A program made the position numbers and the translations under genes. A stretch of 64,000 nucleotides of DNA from Candidatus Kaiserbacteria bacterium RIFCSPLOWO2_01_FULL_51_21 (GTDB lineage Bacteria; Patescibacteriota; Minisyncoccia; Phycocordibacterales; 2-01-FULL-51-21). The notes under the pieces are model-generated. The model searched no databases. It was not told where the DNA came from and was given only the letters and a program-made list of their open reading frames with translations. Shown here one piece after another: positions 18,392 through 26,407 of this stretch (the first letter of the stretch is position 1; each line of letters opens with the position of its first letter). The stretch spans positions 11,268-75,267 of the forward strand of contig MFLV01000011.1 of the NCBI GenBank assembly GCA_001781435.1, in the 5' to 3' direction.

Positions 18392-18480
18392 GGTCACAGG
18401 TATTTTTCTGCTGAAAAATCCTGCGACCCGAGAAACAGTGCCTGTGCACTGTCTCTCCGCGCCGTCGCGCTACGGCCGGC
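18392..18480 (-). repeat. Trailer module M1 (37-nt AGCA hairpin) after tRNA-Arg(UCU)
   Basis: gccggccgtag...ggtcgcaggatttttc-agca-gaaaaatacctgtgacc. Confidence 0.85.
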
Positions 18481-18498
18481 AAAAGTACCCCATACTTT

Positions 18499-18570
18499 TG
18501 CCCCCGGTAGGAATCGGACCTACATCAGCGGCTTAGAAGTCCGCGGTTCTGTCCATTGAACTACGGGGGC
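18499..18570 (-). tRNA. tRNA-Arg(UCU)
   Basis: Cloverleaf, loop CTTCTAA; T loop reads TCCGATT rather than TTCGA; no encoded CCA. Confidence 0.92.
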
Positions 18571-18607
18571 AGATAATCCCAATCCTGCCATAAAAATACG
18601 TATCCTG

Positions 18608-18970
18608 CTATTTCGAGGGATCGGTGTAAGAAGCCGGTCTTCCTGTTTTTAGTTCTTGGAATTGAGCTGCTTTCTCACGGTACAAAGCGGTTACGGTATC
18701 TAACATCTTTTGATCGAGCTGTGTAACCGCCCCCTCAGTCGTTTTTTTCACTACAAATAACTCACCCTGCTCGACTTCATAAAAAAGATACCCGGCCCAC
18801 AGGAGAAGTATAAGCGTGAAAATGAAAAAAAGGCCTGCACCCGCTGTCCAGTCGCGCCCTGGGTTAAAAAGGGCGTCCCGCCGCCGCAGGCGGAAAGAAG
18901 GTTCTTTCTTAAATAGACGCCGAATGAGATTTTGAAACTTCATATAATCATCTAAACTTTTGGACAACAA
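18608..18970 (-). CDS. Single-TM protein at end of pilM operon (PilP position)
   Basis: One TM helix; follows pilM/N/O-like genes. Confidence 0.65.
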   Translation of the reverse strand: MLSKSLDDYMKFQNLIRRLFKKEPSFRLRRRDALFNPGRDWTAGAGLFFIFTLILLLWAGYLFYEVEQGELFVVKKTTEGAVTQLDQKMLDTVTALYREKAAQFQELKTGRPASYTDPSK

Positions 18971-19490
18971 AGGTTATGGTCTCTTGCCAATACACCGTTT
19001 TTCCTTTTCCTCCGCCACCGAGTTTATGCAATCCGACATTGGTAATGCGAACTGAATACGGCAGGGTTTCAATAATAGAGAGAAGATGCATGACTTGGTT
19101 CCAGCTCCCTTCGGCATTGAGCGTAAGGGTGAGTCCCTCGGTTGTGGAGCTTGCGGTCCCGGAAGCGGCAACATTCACGGTGACTACCTGCACCACGGCG
19201 CCCGTTATCGTTTTAAGTCCTTCCAAGTCTTCAATAAAATCCACCACGGCGTCATTTGAAAGTATGTAGCGATCAAGCTCCTCGCGCTCTCTCAGTGTCA
19301 GAGCAAAAACTTCTTTAGCGGATTCGAGCTTCGCTTGCTGATCTGCTGCAGTATCAATCGTTACTTGAAGCATCGCTATCTCTGTATTTTCATCCTTAAT
19401 CCGGACAAACATAAATGCATACAGTACTCCCGCAAGAATGCACCCCGCAACCACCGCGACGAGAATGCCAACTGTCCGTGGAATACGCAT
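18948..19490 (-). CDS. PilO-like type IV pilus assembly protein
   Basis: TM plus coiled coil; EGSWNQVMHLLSIIETLPY PilO-like motif; operon context. Confidence 0.7.
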   Translation of the reverse strand: MRIPRTVGILVAVVAGCILAGVLYAFMFVRIKDENTEIAMLQVTIDTAADQQAKLESAKEVFALTLREREELDRYILSNDAVVDFIEDLEGLKTITGAVVQVVTVNVAASGTASSTTEGLTLTLNAEGSWNQVMHLLSIIETLPYSVRITNVGLHKLGGGGKGKTVYWQETITFVVQKFR

Positions 19491-19491
19491 A

Positions 19492-20025
19492 TCAGAAAGA
19501 GCCCGTTATGGTAAGGGAAAATTCAAGATTTTCATTCGCCGTAAAATCCGATACGGGGAAAGACACGCTGGTAAATTCTTTTTCTTCCCCGAGTTTCTTC
19601 GCGAAAGCGGCTAAATCCGCCCGCCGGGGCGCAATACCTCGTATCCTGACAACGGGCACTTTCGCGGAACGATCAAAAACAAATTCGGTTAATTGCATGC
19701 CTGGGGAGCGTGCGGCAGTCACCTTCGACAATCCTCCTTCAAGGGTAAGGTTGTCGCGGTTATCGAAGAGCGCATCAAGCCTCTGTTTTGCCTCAGTAAG
19801 AAGTACCAAAGCATTATTTTTTTTACCCGCTTCAAGTGCTTGTTTAAGAATCAAGGCGTTGTTTTCAAGAGCTTTTTTCTTAACAAGCGAAAGAGAGAGG
19901 GACGGCACCAATGCCGCAGCGCCAATAAGAATGGCCACATCAGCAAGAATAAATCCGACGGTTGCCAGCCTTAAAAAATATTCTCGACGTAGGATTCTTT
20001 GTTCTTGTGGCGGAAGAAGATTCAT
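19492..20025 (-). CDS. PilN-like type IV pilus assembly protein
   Basis: N-terminal NLLP PilM-binding motif, TM, IRGIA. Confidence 0.8.
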   Translation of the reverse strand: MNLLPPQEQRILRREYFLRLATVGFILADVAILIGAAALVPSLSLSLVKKKALENNALILKQALEAGKKNNALVLLTEAKQRLDALFDNRDNLTLEGGLSKVTAARSPGMQLTEFVFDRSAKVPVVRIRGIAPRRADLAAFAKKLGEEKEFTSVSFPVSDFTANENLEFSLTITGSF

Positions 20026-20218
20026 CCCGTTAGAGATAGGAAACGCTCAACTGACTATAATATTGCGTTTCGTTATGATTATGCGCACTAAATGATTCCT
20101 TCGGTCGAAGGCTATTTCGAAAGCGTTTCCGTAAAAAAATCATACCTTCCGGAGTCCTCTCACCATGAGCCGCTTTCTGATACTCACCACTATACCGCTT
20201 TTTGTAATCTCTAACGGG
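20026..20218. mobile_element. MITE-like element with 12-bp TIRs and 6-bp target duplication
   Basis: ATTCAT|CCCGTTAGAGAT...ATCTCTAACGGG|ATTCAT. Confidence 0.8.
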
Positions 20219-20230
20219 ATTCATTGCTTT

Positions 20231-21340
20231 TTATGTGTCCCTGCGGAGTGCAAGACCGACGGTCGTCGCAAACCCAAGCGAGTGAGGACGATCAAGTTCG
20301 GGAATCACATCGTCAAAAGAAAAGGCGTTTATCCAAACATTTGCGATGGTGACTGGCAGACGCAAGTTTGTGGCAAGATACTCGGAAAGCCCCGCCAAAT
20401 TTGAACTGCCGCCGCAAAGAATTATTTTATCAATGGGTGGCATAGAATCACCACGTTCGTCTTTGTGCGTATCCCAGTAAATAAGGTGCTTATTGATTTC
20501 GTCCTTAAGAACAGTAATAGCGCCAAGAAGGGCCAGGGTAAGGTCTTTGTCGTCTTTCTGTCTCAGGCCTTGTTCATTTTTTACCCGATCCACCTCTAAG
20601 TCTGTTCCGTCGGTATAGCGCCGTACCGCTGCGGACAGCGGCTCTCCCCCAATGGGTACCGTCGACGTGAAGCAGAGAGCACCGCGGGCGAAAATCGCAA
20701 TGCCAGTCCGCGATGATCCAAAGTCTACAATCATATATGTACTGGCATCGTGTTCTTTTATGACTGCCCGCGCAACCGCTTGCGCCTCCACTTCAAACGA
20801 AAGCGGCGTAAATTTCGCTTTATGAAAGACGTCGAGGTAGCCAGCAACAATTCCTTTTGAATAGACACTTACCGTAACGTCGTTCTGTCCGCGAGGAACC
20901 AACGGAGAGGGCAGAAGGAATTCATAATCAAAAATTGCATCCTTGGCGGGAATAGGAACATACTCCTCGAGTTTAAACTCCAGCGTGGTGCGAATTTCCT
21001 CAAGCGGTGTTTCTTCAGGAATAGAGGTTTGAAAAATGTAGGCATGCTCCTCGGGAAGTGAAGCCCGGATGAGCGTCGCGCCGCTCTCTTTTTTGAGGTC
21101 GCATAGAATTTCCACAAGCTTGTCCGCCTGCTGAATGGTTCCTCTCTCAATAACCCCTTTTGGAATGGGGCGTCCGCCGAAACTTCTCAGTAGATGCCTG
21201 CCGTTGCGGTCTGTGAGCTTGGCATATTTTACCGACCGATCAGAAATATCAACACCAATGGCAGACATTTTGAGGAGTCGGGGCGGAGGAAAAAATTTGG
21301 TGAAGAGCCCCCACGCGCTTTTCTTTTCTCCGGTTCTCAT
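20231..21340 (-). CDS. pilM: Type IV pilus assembly protein PilM
   Basis: IGVDISDRSVK, EYVPIP, IVDFGSSRT, IILCGGSSNL, FATTVGLALR. Confidence 0.92.
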   Translation of the reverse strand: MRTGEKKSAWGLFTKFFPPPRLLKMSAIGVDISDRSVKYAKLTDRNGRHLLRSFGGRPIPKGVIERGTIQQADKLVEILCDLKKESGATLIRASLPEEHAYIFQTSIPEETPLEEIRTTLEFKLEEYVPIPAKDAIFDYEFLLPSPLVPRGQNDVTVSVYSKGIVAGYLDVFHKAKFTPLSFEVEAQAVARAVIKEHDASTYMIVDFGSSRTGIAIFARGALCFTSTVPIGGEPLSAAVRRYTDGTDLEVDRVKNEQGLRQKDDKDLTLALLGAITVLKDEINKHLIYWDTHKDERGDSMPPIDKIILCGGSSNLAGLSEYLATNLRLPVTIANVWINAFSFDDVIPELDRPHSLGFATTVGLALRRDT

Positions 21341-21421
21341 AGAAAGGACGATTGCACTGTAAGTATACACCCTGACCGCACGGCCTCGAAACAGCGCGGC
21401 ATGACAACTTCCTCTTTCGTC

Positions 21422-21772
21422 CTATGTAAGACGCGTACCGACTGGAAGCTCGGCAGTCGGGCGAAGGAATGCAAACACGCCATCCTTCGTCCTTGCCGCA
21501 AGTAGCATGCCGCTACTTACCAGTCCGCGCAGCTCCCGCGGCGCCATGTTGGCTACAAAAACACACTGGGTGCCGACAAGCGTCGCGGGATCGGGAATAA
21601 ATGGCGCGATACCCGCAATAATCTGCCGCGGTTCTTCTTCACCGAGATCAACGAGGAGACGAAGTAACTTGTCTGTATTCGGGACAAGCTCGGCGGTGCG
21701 GATAGTGCCGATCCGTAAATCCACTTTTTTGAAATCCTCAAGTGTTATGAGGTCCTTCTTTTCTTGTTCCAT
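21422..21772 (-). CDS. Stand-alone tRNA-binding OB-fold protein (MetRS C-terminal/Trbp111/CsaA-like)
   Basis: DFKKVDLRIG, DKLL, RQIIAGI, N..PR.LRG..S.GMLL. Confidence 0.9.
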   Translation of the reverse strand: MEQEKKDLITLEDFKKVDLRIGTIRTAELVPNTDKLLRLLVDLGEEEPRQIIAGIAPFIPDPATLVGTQCVFVANMAPRELRGLVSSGMLLAARTKDGVFAFLRPTAELPVGTRLT

Positions 21773-21802
21773 TCGTAATTCTTAATTCGTACTTCGTAAT
21801 TC
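21771..21802. repeat. 7-bp-period array (ATTCGTA type)
   Basis: attcgta-attctta-attcgta-cttcgta-att; encodes the ruvX C-terminus ELRSTN. Confidence 0.85.
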
Positions 21803-22186
21803 TTTCTTCTTGTGTCTCTTATCAAGAAAACTCTGAAGTATCAGGGCGGCGGCGGAAGCATCTATCATTTTCCCCTCGCTTCCGTATTTCGCGGCAACCG
21901 TGGTAAAAAATTCCGGCTCGAAGGTAATCGGCACGGTAAAAGTTTTCTTAAGCTCGTCTGCAAAAACATGTATCCTCTTCATGAGCGGGTTGTCCTGCCA
22001 CTTGAGATTCTTCGACTCGCCGATGACAATACCCACTATCCCGCGCTGCGCCACCACTTTCCCGATTGCGCCAAGAAGCGCCGGGCTGTTCGGAAGCACG
22101 GCAAGCGGCATCGCTATCGTTTCAGTCTCATCCGAAACCGCAAGGCCGACCTTTTTTGTGCCGTAGTCAATTCCTAAAAGCGACAT
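21782..22186 (-). CDS. ruvX: YqgF/RuvX pre-16S rRNA nuclease
   Basis: LLGIDYGTKKVGLAVSD, EFFTT, IDASAAALILQ. Confidence 0.93.
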   Translation of the reverse strand: MSLLGIDYGTKKVGLAVSDETETIAMPLAVLPNSPALLGAIGKVVAQRGIVGIVIGESKNLKWQDNPLMKRIHVFADELKKTFTVPITFEPEFFTTVAAKYGSEGKMIDASAAALILQSFLDKRHKKKELRSTN

Positions 22187-22345
22187 GCCAAATCTTCAGC
22201 CGATTAAGATGATCGCGAGGGTAAGCGCTGCAGTGAGAAACAGGACAACTTCAAGAATAATTCCCATAGGTATACCGTACAACAAACCGCTTGGGGTTGC
22301 TACCATAACGTTGTCCCACTCCCTTTCTTGCGCTACGATCACTAT

Positions 22346-22573
22346 ATGGAAGTTATTATCCCCACAAATCTGTTTTGGCTCTTAGTGCTACTTGCCCTCT
22401 GGAGCTTACCGTGGAAAGGGGTAGCGCTTTGGACCGCAACAAAGCGCGCTGAAAAATGGTGGTTTATCCTCCTGCTCATCACGAACAGCGTTGCAATCCT
22501 TGAGATCATCTATTTGTTCTTTATAGTGCCACGCAAAGATGCGAAGCGAGAACAACGAAGTACGAATGAATGA
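22346..22573 (+). CDS. Small membrane protein (DUF5652-like)
   Basis: WSLPWKGVALW...WF...N...ILEIIY. Confidence 0.8.
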   Translation: MEVIIPTNLFWLLVLLALWSLPWKGVALWTATKRAEKWWFILLLITNSVAILEIIYLFFIVPRKDAKREQRSTNE

Positions 22574-22658
22574 GGAGGGGTCGGATAGTGGTTTATTCCA
22601 GCGGTCTTGAAAACCGCCACACCGCAAGGTGTCGTGAGTTCGAATCTCACCCCCTCCG
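22574..22658 (+). tRNA. tRNA-Ser(UGA)
   Basis: Long variable arm, loop CTTGAAA, T loop GTTCGAATC; CCA not encoded here. Confidence 0.95.
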
Positions 22659-22848
22659 TCGTCAAAATAAAACGCCCCTAGGGGCGTTTTATTTTGTGCG
22701 ATTCGGTGAGATTCGAACTAGGAAGGGGTCGGGAAACGGGAGTTTCCCGTACTGGAAAGCAGACGAAGTCGCTGAGAACCGAGGGTTTTCAGAGCGCAGT
22801 CCTGAGCTTGTCGAAGGACGAGCTGTGAGATTCTCACCCCCTCCGCCA
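22659..22848 (+). mobile_element. Mini-element bounded by a duplicated tRNA-Ser 3' end (module M3 inside)
   Basis: TCTCACCCCCTCCG repeated at 22832-22845 followed by CCA; antisense T-arm copy at 22705-22719. Confidence 0.7.
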
Positions 22849-22887
22849 GTTAGAAATAAAAACGTACTGTGTTAAAATAAAAAGACC

Positions 22888-23355
22888 GTGGACAACAATA
22901 CTTCCATAGTGTGGGACGGGTATGAATACGAATTTCGACGCCGATCATCCGATTGGTATTGGGCGCTCCTTATCCTCACCTTCGCCGGAGCAGCGACGGC
23001 ATTTATTTTAGACGATCCTCTCTTCGCCCTTATTATTCTTATCGGCGCCTTTGCTCTTGCTCTTTTCGCCGCGAAGAAACCTGTTTTGACACAATTCGCT
23101 ATTCAGGAGCGCGGAATTAAAATTGACACCACCTTATACCCTTATGAAACACTCGAGTCTTTTTGGATTGCCGGCGAAGAACGTGCCGCACCGCGGCTCA
23201 TCATTAAATCTAAAAAGGTTATTATGCCCTTTCTCATTATCCCGCTTGATGAAGCTCTTGTGGAAAACGTTGATCGTTACCTGAAAGACAAGCTTCCGCG
23301 TGAAGAACATGAGGAGCCGATGTCCCACCGAGTCATGGAAATGTTCGGCTTTTGA
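22888..23355 (+). CDS. Conserved-looking membrane protein (2 TM plus PH-like domain)
   Basis: W..YEY....RSSDWYW, two TMs, YPYETLESFWI. Confidence 0.75.
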   Translation: MDNNTSIVWDGYEYEFRRRSSDWYWALLILTFAGAATAFILDDPLFALIILIGAFALALFAAKKPVLTQFAIQERGIKIDTTLYPYETLESFWIAGEERAAPRLIIKSKKVIMPFLIIPLDEALVENVDRYLKDKLPREEHEEPMSHRVMEMFGF

Positions 23356-23404
23356 CTTCTTTGAAGAAAAGCCTTACCGCAAGTCGTGGGGCTCTGCGTT
23401 TAGA

Positions 23405-24808
23405 TTAGAAAGGCGTAATAATGGGGGTAACCCGGACCGTCACTTGACTGCTGACAGTCCCCGTACTCGTTGAGCAGGTAAGGGTATAGGTGCTTTCTGA
23501 AGTAATGGGACCGGTGGACTGAGTGCCACTTTCTCCACTTGCCGAAAAGCCGTTCGGGCCGGTGACAGAGCAGGAACCGGAAATGACATTGGTCGCTGTC
23601 CAGGTAATCGACACAGAATCACCGGGACGGATAAGTGAGGGGGTCGCAACAATTGAGAGGGAGGGTGGAGATGACAGATTGGCTTCATTATTGTCATTCG
23701 GATTGTAGGGATTCGTTAAAACATCGTCAGTGTGGCAGCCCGGGTCATTGGTGTCTACCAAGCCATCGCCATCGTTGTCGCTACCGTCGCTACAGGCAGC
23801 CACTACGTTTGATTCGTTGTCGTCATTCGGATTGTAGGGATTCGTCAGAATATCGTCAGTGTGGCAACCGGGGTCATTGGTGTCTGCTAAGCCATCGCCA
23901 TCGTTGTCGATGCCGTCGCTACAGGCAGGTGTGTCTGATTCGTTGTCGTCGTTCGGGTTGAAGCTTCCATCATTCGAAGGATTGCCGTCGGTGTGGCAAC
24001 CAGGGTCATTGGTATCCACCAAGCCGTCCCCGTCGTTGTCGATGCCGTCGCTACAGGCCGGAAATTCGTTATCGTCGCTCGGATCATAGCTTCCATCATT
24101 CGAAGGGTTGCCGTCGGTGTGACAGTTCGGGTCAAGACTATCCACTAAGCCATCGCCATCGTTGTCGATGCCGTCACTGCAGGCAGGGTTCGAAACAGTG
24201 ACAAGGACGCCGCCACCCGGAGGATTGAATTGCAGCCACCCGATGCCGATGTTTCCCCCAAAGACAATATCCATGTCGGCATCCCACGCAAATTGTTCAA
24301 ACGCATTTCCGTTCAACACGACGCCATATGGATGTCCGGTGCAAGCATCGCCCGGGGCGCTCGTACAATTCAAACTAATCCAGCCACTCCAGCCTCCCGA
24401 ACCTGCCGTTCCTCCGGCAAGCGCCCGCGCCCAGCCGGTAAGCGCCGTGCCGACAAGTTGCGCCTTACAGGGAGCTAATGGGCAGCCGCTCAGATCGCTC
24501 GCATTAAAACTAATCCAACCGATGTTTGAGCTCCACGCATAGCCGGTCATGAGACCCGCACCATCCAGGTTGACGCCATAATTTGACGAAGCACAAACAT
24601 CGATACCTCCGTTCCCTCCGTCAGTACAATTAAAACTCACCCAGCCGATGTTTGAGCTCCATGCCCAACCATGGACGTTGTCAGCGCTTGCCGCTTCAAC
24701 GGCCGTGCCTAAAGTGTCTTTGCCCGCTCCCCCAACCAACGAAAAAAGGACGACGATGATAAATACGGTAGCGAGAGAGAAGAAGCGAGTTTTGTTTTGG
24801 AGAGACAT
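23405..24808 (-). CDS. Secreted/surface protein with GWAWSSNIGW repeats and four ACSDGxDNDGDGLxDxxDPxC acidic repeats
   Basis: Signal/TM, Trp-Gly repeats, four ~43-aa tandem repeats (~23680-24190), C-terminal Ig-like strand pattern. Confidence 0.85.
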   Translation of the reverse strand: MSLQNKTRFFSLATVFIIVVLFSLVGGAGKDTLGTAVEAASADNVHGWAWSSNIGWVSFNCTDGGNGGIDVCASSNYGVNLDGAGLMTGYAWSSNIGWISFNASDLSGCPLAPCKAQLVGTALTGWARALAGGTAGSGGWSGWISLNCTSAPGDACTGHPYGVVLNGNAFEQFAWDADMDIVFGGNIGIGWLQFNPPGGGVLVTVSNPACSDGIDNDGDGLVDSLDPNCHTDGNPSNDGSYDPSDDNEFPACSDGIDNDGDGLVDTNDPGCHTDGNPSNDGSFNPNDDNESDTPACSDGIDNDGDGLADTNDPGCHTDDILTNPYNPNDDNESNVVAACSDGSDNDGDGLVDTNDPGCHTDDVLTNPYNPNDNNEANLSSPPSLSIVATPSLIRPGDSVSITWTATNVISGSCSVTGPNGFSASGESGTQSTGPITSESTYTLTCSTSTGTVSSQVTVRVTPIITPF

Positions 24809-24911
24809 TTCAGTGGGGACGGTATAAAAGAAGTATATATCCAATTGTACGAAGAAAAAAGGCGGCTGTGGACAATACACAAAAAAATACCTAGAGTAGG
24901 TGGAATAACCG

Positions 24912-24983
24912 GTCCCCGTAGTTCAACGGATAGAACGCGAGCTTGCGGAGCTCGTAATCGAGGTTCGATTCCTCGCGGGGGCA
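24912..24983 (+). tRNA. tRNA-Arg(GCG)
   Basis: Anticodon stem-loop CGAGC-TTGCGGA-GCTCG; no encoded CCA. Confidence 0.93.
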
Positions 24984-24997
24984 AAAGCGAAGCTTTT

Positions 24998-25152
24998 GCC
25001 GGCCGCAGTCTGCGTAGGCAGACGAGGCGGGGTCGCAGAACTTTCCAGCAGGAAAGTATCCGTGACCAAAAAGAAAGGATTTGCCGGGTGGAGCGAGCGT
25101 GGGTGAGTGAGCTAGGATTGCAACTTGCGCCAGTAGGCGAAAAGTTGTGACC
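24998..25152 (+). repeat. Two tandem M1 trailer modules after tRNA-Arg(GCG)
   Basis: Hairpins at 25031-25067 (ggtcgcagaactttcc-agca-ggaaagtatccgtgacc) and 25115-25152 (degenerate, agta loop). Confidence 0.85.
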
Positions 25153-25187
25153 AAAAACGAGGCTTTCGCCGATTTGTATATACAATC

Positions 25188-25259
25188 CCTCTCGTCGTTC
25201 AATGGATAGGATGCTTCCCTCCGAAGGAAGCGATGCAGGTTCGATTCCTGCCGAGAGGA
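25188..25259 (+). tRNA. tRNA-Arg(CCG)
   Basis: Anticodon stem-loop CTTCC-CTCCGAA-GGAAG; no encoded CCA. Confidence 0.93.
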
Positions 25260-25412
25260 TTATTAACGAAGTAAATAATCCTCGAGAGTCGTGCTGGGAG
25301 CACGACATGCAGGAATCGAAGCCTGTTTGAGATATTTTCGAGCCGAGCGGCGGCGAAGAAAATATCCAAACACGGGTACTGTTCCCGTAGGAAAAGATTC
25401 CTGCCGAGAGGA
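25260..25412 (+). mobile_element. Mini-element bounded by a duplicated tRNA-Arg(CCG) 3' end (module M2 inside)
   Basis: 17-bp direct repeat GATTCCTGCCGAGAGGA at 25243-25259 and 25396-25412; antisense T-arm copy at 25309-25320. Confidence 0.7.
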
Positions 25413-25416
25413 GAGG

Positions 25417-25449
25417 AGCAAAAAATCCGCCTTGAGCGGATTTTTTGCT
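25417..25449. terminator. Bidirectional intrinsic terminator
   Basis: agcaaaaaatccgc-cttga-gcggattttttgct between convergent tRNA and rpsT. Confidence 0.8.
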
Positions 25450-25711
25450 AATTGCTTTTTTTAATGAGTGCCGTAAGACGAGACTTCTTTCGTGCAACTG
25501 TGTTCTTCGAAAGATAATGTGTTTTTGCCGCCTTATCAAGCGCTTGATAGGCCTTCGGAAGAAGCGCCGTCGCCTCGTTTCCTTTGCCAGACGCAATGAG
25601 CTTCCGAACCTCTTTCGTGACCTCTTCGATCGCATGTTTGCGGCGCAAGTTGAAAATACGCTTGCGCGCAGTGCTACGAATAGCTTTTTTTGCGGATTTT
25701 GTAATTGCCAT
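25448..25711 (-). CDS. rpsT: 30S ribosomal protein S20
   Basis: MAITKSAKKAIR...LDKAAK...KNTVARKKSRL. Confidence 0.97.
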   Translation of the reverse strand: MAITKSAKKAIRSTARKRIFNLRRKHAIEEVTKEVRKLIASGKGNEATALLPKAYQALDKAAKTHYLSKNTVARKKSRLTALIKKSN

Positions 25712-25714
25712 ATA

Positions 25715-25826
25715 CTAGCGGTTAGTTGTTAGCTTCATTAGCTGTTAGAAACGCAAAAAGAAATATAGCAGAATGTGATTCCCACCGCAACTAGAAACTA
25801 AGGACTAAAGACTATAGACTATAGTA
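25715..25826. repeat. Degenerate inverted short-period arrays (GTTAG/CTAA type)
   Basis: tagcggt-tagttgt-tagc...tagctgt-tag ... actagaa-actaagg-actaaag-actatag. Confidence 0.55.
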
Positions 25827-25827
25827 T

Positions 25828-26406
25828 ATGATTGGCCAATTATCCGGAACCATCGCCCGCCATGCCGACGGATTCGTGATGCTTGATGTCGGCGGCGTCG
25901 GCTACAAAATACGGGTTACTGCCACCGTATACCAATCGCTTGCGCATGAGCGGGAACAAGTGACACTCTTCACCCACTTGGCAGTCCGAGAGAACGCTCT
26001 CGACCTGTATGGTTTCCAGGACATGCGAGAACTTCGTTTTTTTGAGCTCTTGATTTCCGTATCGGGTATCGGACCAAAGACGGCCATCGCGATCTTAAGC
26101 ATCGCCGACGTCGGCACTATTGTCGCGGCGGTAAGCGAAGGGAACAGCGCCTATCTCACCAAGGTCGCCGGCATCGGAAGAAAAATCGCCGAGAAAATCG
26201 TTCTCGAACTTCGAGATAAGTTGGGCGCTGTCGAGCCGGGCGAAGGAACCTTGGGAATTAAGGACGATGCTGATGTGCTTGAGGCGCTTCGCTCCCTCGG
26301 CTACCAGAGCGCCGAAGCGCGGGAGGCCCTCAAGCGCATACCGAAAGAAACGATGGGTGCGGGAGGCCGCTTGAAAGCGGCTCTTAAAACACTCAGTGCA
26401 AAATAG
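25828..26406 (+). CDS. ruvA: Holliday junction branch migration protein RuvA
   Basis: GGVGY, VRE..LDLYGF, VSGIGPK, GIGRKIAEKIVLEL. Confidence 0.97.
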   Translation: MIGQLSGTIARHADGFVMLDVGGVGYKIRVTATVYQSLAHEREQVTLFTHLAVRENALDLYGFQDMRELRFFELLISVSGIGPKTAIAILSIADVGTIVAAVSEGNSAYLTKVAGIGRKIAEKIVLELRDKLGAVEPGEGTLGIKDDADVLEALRSLGYQSAEAREALKRIPKETMGAGGRLKAALKTLSAK

Positions 26407-26407
26407 C

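Noticed and set aside
22825-22848. Second tRNA-Ser gene
   Set aside because: Only the 3' end is duplicated; no D or anticodon arm.
23680-24190. Regularly spaced ~130-bp repeats as a possible CRISPR array
   Set aside because: They are in-frame coding repeats with synonymous variation, no unique spacers and no cas genes.
24709-25635. 308-aa minus-strand ORF and other ORFs across the tRNA-Arg cluster
   Set aside because: They overlap two tRNAs, structured repeats and rpsT, and show no protein motifs.
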